55,773 nucleotides of DNA, from positions 1 through 55,773 of the forward strand of contig JBBTED010000087.1 of NCBI GenBank assembly GCA_038042445.1, written 5' to 3'. Numbering within the stretch: position 1 is the first letter of the stretch; every line of letters starts with the position of its first letter. Positions 1 through 9,730 of the stretch are shown piece by piece. The notes beneath the pieces were generated by a model. It had not been told where the DNA came from and searched no databases. It saw only the letters and a program-made list of their open reading frames with translations. Position numbers and translations under genes: made by a program. This DNA is from Candidatus Firestoneibacteriota bacterium. Lineage in GTDB: Bacteria; Oederibacteriota; D2-FULL-39-29; JBBTED01.

Positions 1-1698
1 GTTCAAAATCTTTTCGATTTCTTGGAGTGTAATTTTATTTCTTGATGAATTACTTTTCGAATCATAAGTATTATTATATGACACGACCAAATACTTCGCA
101 TCAATATCCTTTACCAATTCGGCAAATTTATTTTTAGCTTGGGTTCTACAATAATCACTCATATTTTCTGGCTCAGGTTTTAATGCTACTCCATATAATT
201 TCGGATTATCCCATTTAGTTAATGTCTCTAAAACATGGTAAAATCTACTATATTGTCTAGAGTTATAAGGTGGATCAATGTATGCAATATCTACTTTTAT
301 TTTTTTTACTAAAATGTTGGTATCCTCTCTAAAAATAGAAACATCTTTAACGCTAATAGGATCAATTGGTTTCATAAAAAAATCATCTTTTATAAAATCT
401 TTTTTAAAATAAGCATCGTAATGACCAACGGTATTAGCAATTCTATCAACAGCATACAGTAAAGAAGCAATAAGTATATAGTATTCTTTCTCAGTAAGAT
501 TGTTTTTGTTTTCTTCTATGTTCTCTCTGATAGAACCAATAATCTTTGATGAATTTTGACTGAAATATTTACCCCCAAAACACTTTGAAAAATAATTGTC
601 TTCCAAATCTTCACCGTAAATATTGTTGTAATTTTTAATAATATTATAAATTTTGTTTTGATTCCATTTACTATCACTAAAAAAAGCTTGATAAACTACA
701 TAATTAGAATAAAGAAAGTCATTTAATATGATTTTTTCAAAATGCCTTGATGCAATGGCAGACACAATTCCAGTTCCTGCAAACACATCAGCAAAAGAGC
801 TTCCTTCACATTCCTTCTTGATAATTGAAAAAATCCATTCAATTAGTTTATTTTTACTGCCAATATATCTACGATTCTGCAATTGAACATGATTTTTTTT
901 AACTTGTGGAATATAAAAGTAGTATTCTTTGATTGTTTCTGCACTTACCTCATAAGTTGGTTTTTTAATTTCTAATAAATTAAATAATGTTCCTTGTACG
1001 CCTTCAGCAACATAATCAACGGTTTCATTACGACCCTTCAAAGTTTCATAAAAGCTATAATTTCCATTCCTTGCGGTAATAATAAAATCTATAATAGAAA
1101 TTCCCATTATCTCGCCTGCTAGAACAATTTTTTCAATAATTGCACTATCTTTTTCGCTCGGAGTCGGATCTCCTGTTGGATGGTTATGTATTAAAATTAT
1201 ACTCGCGGAATTTAACTCAACAGCTGGATAAAAAATTTCTCTTGGGTGTAATAAACTTTTATCAAGTAATCCAATGCTAATTATTTCTTTTTTTATTAAA
1301 ACATTTCTTGCATTCAGGTATAAACAAACAAGATATTCTTTTTTCTTATCTTGTAAATCATAAGTAAGAGATAAAACATCTTTTGAATTTTTAATAACAA
1401 TATCAATTGTACGATTTTCTTCGTAAAATCTTTTTACTAAAAAAATTGCTGATACAATCTGCAACGCTTTTGCTTGTCCAATTCCTGAAACATTCAACAA
1501 ATCATCAATAGTTACATCCAAGAATTTTTTGCCAAATTTACTTATTATTTGTTGAGCAAGTTTTTGAACATTTTTTCCTTTAATCCCGCTTCCAAGCAAA
1601 ATGGCTAAAAGGTCGCTTTTGGAAAGTGCGTCAGGCCCCTTTTTCATAAATCTTTCTCTTGGACGATCTACTTTTGGAATGTCTTTTAATTTTGGCAT
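1..1698 (-). CDS. radC: RadC (HhH + JAB) fused to a D12/Dam-class N6-adenine DNA methyltransferase; runs off the left edge
   Basis: Missing from the ORF track; translated by hand from ATG at 1698. MPKLKDIPKVDRPRERF..LLAILLGSG..HPREIF..HNHPTGDPTPSEKD, then with no stop across the junction: NRRYIGSK..FADVFAGTG (motif I)..YIDPPYN (motif IV). Confidence 0.9.
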   Translation of the reverse strand, partial: MPKLKDIPKVDRPRERFMKKGPDALSKSDLLAILLGSGIKGKNVQKLAQQIISKFGKKFLDVTIDDLLNVSGIGQAKALQIVSAIFLVKRFYEENRTIDIVIKNSKDVLSLTYDLQDKKKEYLVCLYLNARNVLIKKEIISIGLLDKSLLHPREIFYPAVELNSASIILIHNHPTGDPTPSEKDSAIIEKIVLAGEIMGISIIDFIITARNGNYSFYETLKGRNETVDYVAEGVQGTLFNLLEIKKPTYEVSAETIKEYYFYIPQVKKNHVQLQNRRYIGSKNKLIEWIFSIIKKECEGSSFADVFAGTGIVSAIASRHFEKIILNDFLYSNYVVYQAFFSDSKWNQNKIYNIIKNYNNIYGEDLEDNYFSKCFGGKYFSQNSSKIIGSIRENIEENKNNLTEKEYYILIASLLYAVDRIANTVGHYDAYFKKDFIKDDFFMKPIDPISVKDVSIFREDTNILVKKIKVDIAYIDPPYNSRQYSRFYHVLETLTKWDNPKLYGVALKPEPENMSDYCRTQAKNKFAELVKDIDAKYLVVSYNNTYDSKSNSSRNKITLQEIEKILN

Positions 1699-1700
1699 AC

Positions 1701-1818
1701 TTAGTTTTTCATCACATCACCAATACTAATTCTCAAACCTTTAGAAATTATTCATAATCGTTTGAATTGAAAAATTAGTAATGGCATTTGTTTCAATCTT
1801 TGTAAACGTTGTGTATTT
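1701..1818 (-). pseudogene. Frameshifted remnant of an XRE-family HTH regulator
   Basis: Reads KYTTFTKIETNAITNFSIQTIM, then one extra base at ~1752, then IISKGLRISIGDVMKN*. This is the XRE C-terminal pattern; the stop lies 2 nt before the radC ATG. Confidence 0.6.
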
Positions 1819-1977
1819 GCAATCATCAATCTATCATAAATTAAAAACCGTTGTATTTATTATTACAATTGCCGAGCCCCTCACGGAACAAGCTTTCCGC
1901 ATTGGATCTACATTTTTATACTATCAAATAAAATGAACTCAATCAAATTAAATTTGGTTCTTCTAATTTTAATAGGT

Positions 1978-2038
1978 TCCCCCTCTTTTGGAAAAGAGGA
2001 CATGCCCTATATCGTATGGTATAGAGGTTAGGGGAAAT
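1978..2038. repeat. CCCCCT-hairpin repeat interrupted by a ~26-bp nested insert
   Basis: TCCCCCTCTTTTGGAAAAGAGG[ACATGCCCTATATCGTATGGTATAGA]GGTTAGGGGAAAT; the outer part matches the reverse complement of 20292-20327. Confidence 0.65.
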
Positions 2039-2073
2039 ATTACTGTAAATCCTCTAAATCCCTGAAAACCCAT

Positions 2074-3090
2074 TTATATTTCTTCCATTAATCTGGCTAC
2101 TTGTTCCGGTGATGGAAGTTCTTTTTTAAGATTTCCTGAAAGTTGTGTGGTCATCTTATACGTAGCAACGCCAATCGGTTTTTTTGATACACGCAATGCG
2201 TATTCCACAATAGTATGATCCTTATATTTACATAGGATAATACCTATAGATGGATTTTCATCTTTCATTTTTATCAAATCATCCAACGCAGCAAGATAAA
2301 ACTGCATTTTACCTGCATACTCAGGCTTGAACTCACCAACTTTTAATTCAATCGCTACAAGACATTTTAATCGCCGATGGTAAAGTAAAATATCGATAAA
2401 AAATTCTTTGCCACTGATTTCAAGCCGAAACTGATTTCCAACAAATGTAAATACTCCACCCATTTCAATTAAAAAGTGGTTGATTTTAGACATCAATGCT
2501 CGTTCTAATTCAAATTCGCTATGTTCTTCACCAAGTTCAAGAAAATCAAATATGTATTCATCTTTAACTGCCAATTTTGCCTGATTGCGAATTTTCTCAG
2601 GAAGAACTTTGCTAAAATTTGTTTGATTCAACATTGTTTTTTCATACGTTTTATTTTCTATCTGATGAATGAGAACATTCTTTGTCCATCCAAATTTGCG
2701 TGTCATACGGATATAAAATTCACGCTCAAGATTATTTTTACATTTTTCCATAATCACAATATTATGCGACCAACTGATTTCTCGCACCAATGGTGCGAGT
2801 TTTAAACTATTGTAATAATTCTCATAAAAAAGACGCATACGCCAAAGACTTGACACAGAAAATCCCTGCATTCCCGGAAATTCGTTTTGCAAATCTTTAG
2901 CCAGATTTTCTACCACTGCCTTACCCCAAGCATATTGATTTTGACGCTCAACAATCATCCTGCCAATATCCCAATAAAGCTCTATAAGTTCCTTATTTAC
3001 GGCTTTTAAAGCATTATATTGAGCATTACGTATTCTTTCTTTTATTTCGCCTAAAAATTCAATGTAATTGTTTTGCGCTATTTTCTTCAT
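2074..3090 (-). CDS. DUF1016 / YhcG PD-(D/E)XK nuclease family protein
   Basis: VNKELIELYWDIG, ISWSHN, KDEYIFDFL, FIDILLYH..AIELK, GKMQFYL, ENPSIGIILC. Confidence 0.9.
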   Translation of the reverse strand: MKKIAQNNYIEFLGEIKERIRNAQYNALKAVNKELIELYWDIGRMIVERQNQYAWGKAVVENLAKDLQNEFPGMQGFSVSSLWRMRLFYENYYNSLKLAPLVREISWSHNIVIMEKCKNNLEREFYIRMTRKFGWTKNVLIHQIENKTYEKTMLNQTNFSKVLPEKIRNQAKLAVKDEYIFDFLELGEEHSEFELERALMSKINHFLIEMGGVFTFVGNQFRLEISGKEFFIDILLYHRRLKCLVAIELKVGEFKPEYAGKMQFYLAALDDLIKMKDENPSIGIILCKYKDHTIVEYALRVSKKPIGVATYKMTTQLSGNLKKELPSPEQVARLMEEI

Positions 3091-3233
3091 AAATTACAAT
3101 ACGCCTCCTTACAAAAATAAACTACCCCTATACGTTTTTTTAGATTTGCATCCCCACTGTTTGTAATAAAATTTTTCATATCATTATTTTATTGCCATAT
3201 TTATTGTAACAGACAAATTACCGTTTTCCTTTT

Positions 3234-3258
3234 GGTTGGATAGTAATCCAACCGCTAC
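3234..3258 (-). repeat. GTAG-family REP-like palindrome
   Basis: Minus strand GTAGC-GGTTGGAT-TACT-ATCCAACC. Confidence 0.6.
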
Positions 3259-3329
3259 AATACACGATAACTGCTATTTATATTATCTTACTTGATTACA
3301 TAAGAAAATCAAGGATATTTTGGATTGAT

Positions 3330-4553
3330 TTAAACGGGGAGATTTATTTCTGAGGTGAGAATAATGGCTTCGGCTATTTCTCGCATGGATTTTCTGGAAT
3401 CCATGCTTTTTTTATGTATTTTTTTATATGCTTCTTCTTCATTCAAATCTAATTGTTTCATTAGTATGCCTTTTGCTCTTTCAACGAATTTCCTGGTTTC
3501 CAAAGCTTCTTTAGCTGTTGAAATCTGTTGATTGAGATTTGTGCTTTCAATAGCAACTGCTGCCTGATTGGCAATTGCTTGTAAAATATCTATTTCTTCC
3601 TTAGCAAATTTATGTTCATCCGCAGTATAAACATTTATAATCCCAATAACTCTATCTTTTATCATCATTGGCACAGAAAGCAGTGAAAAAACACCTTCTT
3701 TTTTAGCAATATCAGGATACATATATCCTGCTTCTTTAGTAACATCTAAAACACTAATTGGCTTCTTGTTTTTTACTACTTTTCCAATTACGGACTGATT
3801 CACTTTGACATTTGGCTTATTAATGTATTCCTTACTCTCACTCTGAGTCGCAGCAATTACCAATTCCTGTTTTTTATCATCTAAAAGCATAATTGAACAT
3901 ATTTTTGAATCCATAACCTGAGCAGTCATTGTAACAATTAAATGTAGTATTTCCTGTAAATAACGATTAGAAATTATTGTATTGCTTATTTCTGAAAGCA
4001 AATCCAATTGTTTTGCTTTCTTCTGAACTTCTTCATAAACTATTGCATTTTTAATAGCACTGCCTAAATATCTTGCAACAGTAAAAAGTAAATTTATCTG
4101 TGCCTCAGGATAATTATGCGTTTTTTTGTGCTGAATATTTATAACACCAATTATTTCATTTTTGGAAAGAATTGGAACTGATAAAAAGGCTTCATATTTG
4201 TCTTCCGGAAGACTTGTGAAATGTTTAAACCGCAAATCATTGTATGCACCTGAAGATAAAACAATTGGTTTTTTTTCTTTGGCTACCCAACCTGTAAGCC
4301 CTTCCCCAATTTTAAGTTTTATTCTGCCTAAAAACTTAGGATGTGGATTTTTAGATGTCTGCAATATTAATTCTTCATTATATTGATTATAAAGATAAAT
4401 CAAACAAGAATCTGCAGAAGTTAGATTAGTGGCAATTTCCACAATATGTGCCAAAATCTCATCAAGCTCCACACTACTGCTTATGTATTGAGCAACCTGA
4501 TGCAAAATTTTTAGTTCATATTCTTTTTCTAATAATTTTTTATTTTCTTTCAT
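3330..4553 (-). CDS. GAF-GAF-ANTAR RNA-binding regulator
   Basis: Two GAF repeats (GEGLTGWVA..FLSVPI..IGVINI; VIGKV..LLSVPM..VIGIINV) and a C-terminal ANTAR domain (ALETRKFVERAKGILM..EEEAY..SMDSRKSMREIAEAII). Confidence 0.9.
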   Translation of the reverse strand: MKENKKLLEKEYELKILHQVAQYISSSVELDEILAHIVEIATNLTSADSCLIYLYNQYNEELILQTSKNPHPKFLGRIKLKIGEGLTGWVAKEKKPIVLSSGAYNDLRFKHFTSLPEDKYEAFLSVPILSKNEIIGVINIQHKKTHNYPEAQINLLFTVARYLGSAIKNAIVYEEVQKKAKQLDLLSEISNTIISNRYLQEILHLIVTMTAQVMDSKICSIMLLDDKKQELVIAATQSESKEYINKPNVKVNQSVIGKVVKNKKPISVLDVTKEAGYMYPDIAKKEGVFSLLSVPMMIKDRVIGIINVYTADEHKFAKEEIDILQAIANQAAVAIESTNLNQQISTAKEALETRKFVERAKGILMKQLDLNEEEAYKKIHKKSMDSRKSMREIAEAIILTSEINLPV

Positions 4554-4708
4554 TGTTTATTGTTCTATGTGCATAGGTTCTATGTTCTATGTTTTTAACT
4601 TATGCACTTCGAACTTAGAACATAGACACTTTTATACACTTATTATTATATATTATCTTGCATTTTGCAAGTTTTTCTATAATTTTTGTAATGGATCAGT
4701 TGTATCGC

Positions 4709-4730
4709 GTAGGGGCAGATTTATCCGCCC
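4709..4730 (+). repeat. GTAG-family REP
   Basis: GTAGGGGCAGATTTATCCGCCC; 21/22 identical to 51889-51910. Confidence 0.75.
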
Positions 4731-4750
4731 AATAATTATTTCTCTTATCA

Positions 4751-6166
4751 TTAACCCATTGCTAATTTTTTATCAGAATGTGATAATTTTACAGACTCAA
4801 TTAATGCTTTTGCTTTATCTAATGTCTCTTTATACTCATCATAAGGATCTGAATCTGCAACAATACCTCCACCAACAGAAAAATATGCAATATTATTTTT
4901 TATTACAAAAGTGCGGATTGCAATATTCAAATCTATATTTCCATTAAAACTTAAATACCCCATTGAACCTGTGTATATATTTCTTTTAGTTGGCTCAAGC
5001 TCTTCAATTATTTCCATTGAACGTATTTTAGGCGCACCTGTAATAGAACCACCCGGGAAACAAGCGCGCAAACAATCAATAGGAGATTTAGCTTTGTGCA
5101 AAACACCTGTAACTGTTGATACTAAATGAAAAACAGTAGCATATTTCTCCAAAGCAAACATTTCACTAACTTTGACACTGCCATATTCACAAACTCTGCC
5201 TAAATCATTCCTTTCCAAATCTACTATCATTATATGTTCTGCCTTATCTTTAACACTATTCAAAAGCTCTTTTCCCATCTTTTTATCTTTATTAGTATCA
5301 TTCATTCTTGGTCTTGTTCCTTTTATTGGACATGTTTCAACATACGAACCTCTAATTTTCAAAAACCTCTCTGGCGAAGAACTTACTATTTTCACATTTT
5401 CAAAATCTAAATATGCAGAAAATGGAGCAGGATTTTTTTGACGCAATATTGAATAAAGATCAAACGCGTCAATGTTAAGTGAAGCCTGAAACCGTTGTGA
5501 CAAATTTACCTGATATATATCCCCTGCTGATATGTATTCTTTTGCCTTAAGTATCGCCTTGTAATATTTTTCTTTAGTAAAATTGCTTTCTATATAAAAT
5601 TTAGAATGTGACAATTTTATATTTGCACTATCTTGTGACTTTACATTTTTTTTAGAATTTGCACTCAATAAATTCAAATAGTATTTTTTCCTTTTTGCTT
5701 TATTTAAAAATATATTGGAGCAGATATAACTTTTTTTTAGAATATTGTCAAAAATAAAAATAGTGTCATAAAAATTAAGTTGGCAATCCGGGATTTTCAA
5801 ATCATCAATTGCAATTTTAGGTAATTTTTCAAGTATCTGGCATAAATCATAAGAAAAATATCCAACAGCTCCTCCAATAAATGGAAAATCATAAGTATCC
5901 GATTTTATTTTGTATTCTTCCATTAGAGAATTCAAAGCATCAAATGGATTATTATGTGTTTTATAAGTTTTACCATCTTGGACAATAGTAATTTCCTTCC
6001 CTTTGGACGTAAAATTCAAAAAAGGCTCTATACCAATAAAAGAATACCTGCCTAACTTTCCACCATTCATACTACTATCAAGAAAAAATACACCCGGAAA
6101 AGTTTTAAATGTGTCAAAAACATCTACTGCCGAATATTTTAGCTCTTCAATCTCTATTTTTTTCAT
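4751..6166 (-). CDS. pabB: Aminodeoxychorismate synthase component I
   Basis: FFLDSS, GGAVGYFSYD, GDIYQVNLSQRF, SSSPERFL, PIKGTRPR, EHIMIVDLERND, FPGGSITGAPK. Confidence 0.9.
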   Translation of the reverse strand: MKKIEIEELKYSAVDVFDTFKTFPGVFFLDSSMNGGKLGRYSFIGIEPFLNFTSKGKEITIVQDGKTYKTHNNPFDALNSLMEEYKIKSDTYDFPFIGGAVGYFSYDLCQILEKLPKIAIDDLKIPDCQLNFYDTIFIFDNILKKSYICSNIFLNKAKRKKYYLNLLSANSKKNVKSQDSANIKLSHSKFYIESNFTKEKYYKAILKAKEYISAGDIYQVNLSQRFQASLNIDAFDLYSILRQKNPAPFSAYLDFENVKIVSSSPERFLKIRGSYVETCPIKGTRPRMNDTNKDKKMGKELLNSVKDKAEHIMIVDLERNDLGRVCEYGSVKVSEMFALEKYATVFHLVSTVTGVLHKAKSPIDCLRACFPGGSITGAPKIRSMEIIEELEPTKRNIYTGSMGYLSFNGNIDLNIAIRTFVIKNNIAYFSVGGGIVADSDPYDEYKETLDKAKALIESVKLSHSDKKLAMG

Positions 6167-6594
6167 TCCTTTACTCGCCTTGCTCCAATATATCTTATGC
6201 GATAGTATTTATCTTCAAGACTATCAATACGCACCCCATGTCCTCCTGAATGTATAAATTTATTATCACCTATATATATGCCTATATGAGAAATTTTACC
6301 TGTTAATGTAGTAGTTGTAAAAAACAGTAAATCATCTGGAAGTAAACCTGTCCCTGCATTTATTCCAGCTCTATATTGTTCTTCACTGGTACGTGGAAGT
6401 TTTATACCATTTTCTATAAAAACTTTTTGCACAAACGATGAACAATCAAATTGTGTTGAACCAATGTATTTTTTAGCAGTTTTAATTATAGAATCTTCCG
6501 ACAAAACCTCAGATTGTCTTGTAATAATATAGGATTTAGTAACACATCCAGTCAAAGCAAATAAAATCAAAAAAAATAAGCAGATATATTTCAT
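6163..6594 (-). CDS. NlpC/P60 (C40) lipoprotein peptidase
   Basis: Lipobox LTGC; FDCSSFV, LPRTS, SHIGIYIG..FIHS. Confidence 0.85.
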   Translation of the reverse strand: MKYICLFFLILFALTGCVTKSYIITRQSEVLSEDSIIKTAKKYIGSTQFDCSSFVQKVFIENGIKLPRTSEEQYRAGINAGTGLLPDDLLFFTTTTLTGKISHIGIYIGDNKFIHSGGHGVRIDSLEDKYYRIRYIGARRVKE

Positions 6595-8858
6595 TTTATT
6601 TTCTTAAATACATTCACTCCATCATTACTATATATTGTGGTATATTTTTTATTATTCCTTAATTTTCTCACTTTTTCAAAATATTTTTCTCCCTTATCTA
6701 CATCCAATGGCCACCTATTTCCCTTTTCATCAATTATAACATACTCTGCAGTAGCAATATGAGGAAATAAATAATTTTTTTCATTTCGTGACAAATGAGG
6801 CAAAAGTGATGTCTGAGCTGACACAGAAGCTGTTTTAGGAATTTTAATTATAGCATTTTTCAATATTCTTGTATGCTCAGTAATTATAAACCAATTTCTA
6901 TCTATTCTACGGATGTATTCAAAGAGATTTAAAATATTCAAGTAAATTAGTAACAGTAAAATTATATTTTTAATTTTCCGCTTAGAGATTTTTTCAAATC
7001 CATAGATAGCTGCAATATATATAAAAATCAAAGATGGAATCGCATACTCTTTCTCAAGCATATATTGCCATTTATAATCACTCAATACTACTGTTGCAAG
7101 AGGCAAAAAAATTAAAATCAAAGTTTTCAAATTAAAAACTGGAAGAAATAACACACTACAAAAAAGTGTTAATGCAGGGAACAAACTGTTTTTATAGATA
7201 TGTTCTACCGGTATAGATGGATGCAAAATAATCGTATTTAATATCGCAAGGAAATTGTCTCCCAAATATGAATATCTACTTGCTGCTAGCCCCTGATTAA
7301 ATATGATATATTTAATAACTACAATAAACCAAATTATACTTATTAATATTGTAATTATTCCCATCTTTTTTTCTTTTTCTATTATTAAAAAATATGCTCC
7401 TATACCAATACTATAAATTGCTACATCTTCTCGGACAGAAAAAGCAATTAACATACAAATAAAATACCTAATATAATTTCTTTTCAAACCTTGATAAAAA
7501 GCAAATATTAAGAAAAATGGTAACAATATTTCCTGATGAAAATCAAAAAAGTTTGTTCCAAGTATTTTGGGTGAAACAAGATAAACAAATGAAAAAACTA
7601 AAGCACTCAATTTATCTTTTATAATATATTTTGCCAAAAAATATATTGCTAATGCTCCTAATGATAAAAATAAATTTTGCAATATTATCAATGTAACTGG
7701 ACTATTCAAAATCCAATAAAAAGGAACTAACAGAAAAAAAATAAAAGATGCATGCTCATTAAAATAATTTCTGCCCTCAAAACTAAATAAAGGTCCTCTA
7801 CCATTAGAAATATTTAACATTATCTGATCAAATAAAGCCATATCAGATGTGCCTGAATGAAAAGTATAATGCTTAAGTATTGTTAATGTTAACATTATTA
7901 CAAAATATAATCCTATAATTACATAGATTAAAACATCTGATTTTTTTTGAATAGAATCTGTAAATCTGGACACTGAATTTAACACTAAAGAAACAATTTT
8001 TAGTCTCACATAATTGCCAGTTAAACATAATGAAGTCATTTCTGTTATCAGGACTGTAAGAAGTATAAACACAAGAAAAGAACTTAAAGAAAACAGTATA
8101 TGGTATTTTGTTATAATGGAAGCAAAAATAACAATTAGATATGTTATTTCAGCTATTATAAAAGAATATACACTTTTTTGAATAGCAACAACTAATTCCA
8201 ACCCAACTAACTTAGAACGGATATATCCGCATCCAAACAATAGCAATGCAGCATAAAACATAACCAAAATTGTTCCAAATATTTTTTCATTCATATTTTG
8301 TTCTAAACATACAGAATTATCAGTTGTAATTTTAAATTTAGGAAAATGCGAATTATATCCTACGAAATTTTGAAATTTAAAAGTTGTAAAAACACTCTTA
8401 TTTAATAATTTATCATCAAAATTGAACTTTAAAATATTATTGCCTTCTTTTAACATTTCCCGCAATAGAATAAATTCAATGTATTTCTTATAACCTTTCA
8501 ACTCCACTTTAAACTTAACAAGTTTTATTTCATTCAAAAAAATATTTATTTGATTTGAATCAATATCTTTTTTTGAATAAAAAGTTGTTCTAAATAAATA
8601 GGTGTCAATTTTAGAAACTGGAAAATTTATTTTTGCTTCAGAATTAATAGGAAATACACCCTGGCCAAATTCTGTAGAAGTTATGCCAGACCAACCTAAT
8701 TGTGTATAGGCGTAAAAACCACTATCAAAGGTATTGTATTCAAATTCTATGAAATCAAATTTATCAGAAACATTGAACTTATAGAAATAAGAAAAAACAA
8801 ATACAATACAAAGTATTGTAGTAAATAACTTGAGATAAAAAAACCTTTTGGCTATCAT
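6591..8858 (-). CDS. Polytopic membrane protein, DUF2079-like (probable GT-C glycosyltransferase) with an N-terminal extracytoplasmic extension
   Basis: Many hydrophobic segments; DMALFDQ..N, FNEH, FDFHQE, REDV, IP..ASVSAQ..LLPHLS.R motifs. Confidence 0.7.
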   Translation of the reverse strand: MIAKRFFYLKLFTTILCIVFVFSYFYKFNVSDKFDFIEFEYNTFDSGFYAYTQLGWSGITSTEFGQGVFPINSEAKINFPVSKIDTYLFRTTFYSKKDIDSNQINIFLNEIKLVKFKVELKGYKKYIEFILLREMLKEGNNILKFNFDDKLLNKSVFTTFKFQNFVGYNSHFPKFKITTDNSVCLEQNMNEKIFGTILVMFYAALLLFGCGYIRSKLVGLELVVAIQKSVYSFIIAEITYLIVIFASIITKYHILFSLSSFLVFILLTVLITEMTSLCLTGNYVRLKIVSLVLNSVSRFTDSIQKKSDVLIYVIIGLYFVIMLTLTILKHYTFHSGTSDMALFDQIMLNISNGRGPLFSFEGRNYFNEHASFIFFLLVPFYWILNSPVTLIILQNLFLSLGALAIYFLAKYIIKDKLSALVFSFVYLVSPKILGTNFFDFHQEILLPFFLIFAFYQGLKRNYIRYFICMLIAFSVREDVAIYSIGIGAYFLIIEKEKKMGIITILISIIWFIVVIKYIIFNQGLAASRYSYLGDNFLAILNTIILHPSIPVEHIYKNSLFPALTLFCSVLFLPVFNLKTLILIFLPLATVVLSDYKWQYMLEKEYAIPSLIFIYIAAIYGFEKISKRKIKNIILLLLIYLNILNLFEYIRRIDRNWFIITEHTRILKNAIIKIPKTASVSAQTSLLPHLSRNEKNYLFPHIATAEYVIIDEKGNRWPLDVDKGEKYFEKVRKLRNNKKYTTIYSNDGVNVFKKIK

Positions 8859-9730
8859 TACTCATTATATCTATTTAATAATGCCTGTCGCATTACATTT
8901 ACAGGAGCTTTTTTACCTGTCCATATTTGCCAGGAAATTGCCCCCTGATAAAGCAACATTCCTAATCCATTCATTACTTGAGCCCCTCTTTTCTTAGATT
9001 CAGATAATAATTGTGTTCCTGATGGATTGTAAATTAAATCATAGACTAACATATTGGAATGAATTAAACTACAATCTATTACTGGTTTCTCCTCTGATTT
9101 CAATCCAACTGATGTTGTATTCACTAATATATCTGCTTTAGCAATAGCTTCTTTTAATTCTTTTGAATCAAGAGAACAAAATTCTATTTTACTGACAGAC
9201 GAGACGTCTGTCCTACTTATATTATTTAATACCAATGCTAATTTTTTAGCTCTCACTAACGTACGATTTACAATGGTAATATTTTTTGCTTTACTCAATA
9301 CAAATGCAAAACATACAGCTTTTGCAGCTCCACCAGCGCCAAGCACAACTATATTCTTATCTTTTGGATTGATTTTTGCATCTTTTTTTAACGACATTAA
9401 AAATCCGGAAATATCAGTATTATATCCAACCAATTTTTTACCAATTACTTTTACAGTATTTACTGCACCTATAAATCTTGCTTCTTTGGATATCTCATCT
9501 AAATATAGCAATACTTTTTCTTTATGTGGAATTGTTAAATTTACTCCACAAATATTCAAATACGGCAAACTTTTAATTGCTGTTTTTAAATTCTCTGGTT
9601 TAACTTCATACGGAACATAAACATAATTTAATCCTGCATATTTAAATGCAGCATTATGCATTGCAGGCGACAAACTATGCTTTACTGGATAGCCAAATAC
9701 ACCTGTTAATTTTGTATCTCCTGAAATCAA
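8858..9730 (-). CDS. aroE: Shikimate dehydrogenase
   Basis: HSLSPAMHN, NLTIPHK, GAVNT, GYNTD, GAGGAA, YDLIYNP, GLGMLLYQG. Confidence 0.95.
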   Translation of the reverse strand: MISGDTKLTGVFGYPVKHSLSPAMHNAAFKYAGLNYVYVPYEVKPENLKTAIKSLPYLNICGVNLTIPHKEKVLLYLDEISKEARFIGAVNTVKVIGKKLVGYNTDISGFLMSLKKDAKINPKDKNIVVLGAGGAAKAVCFAFVLSKAKNITIVNRTLVRAKKLALVLNNISRTDVSSVSKIEFCSLDSKELKEAIAKADILVNTTSVGLKSEEKPVIDCSLIHSNMLVYDLIYNPSGTQLLSESKKRGAQVMNGLGMLLYQGAISWQIWTGKKAPVNVMRQALLNRYNE

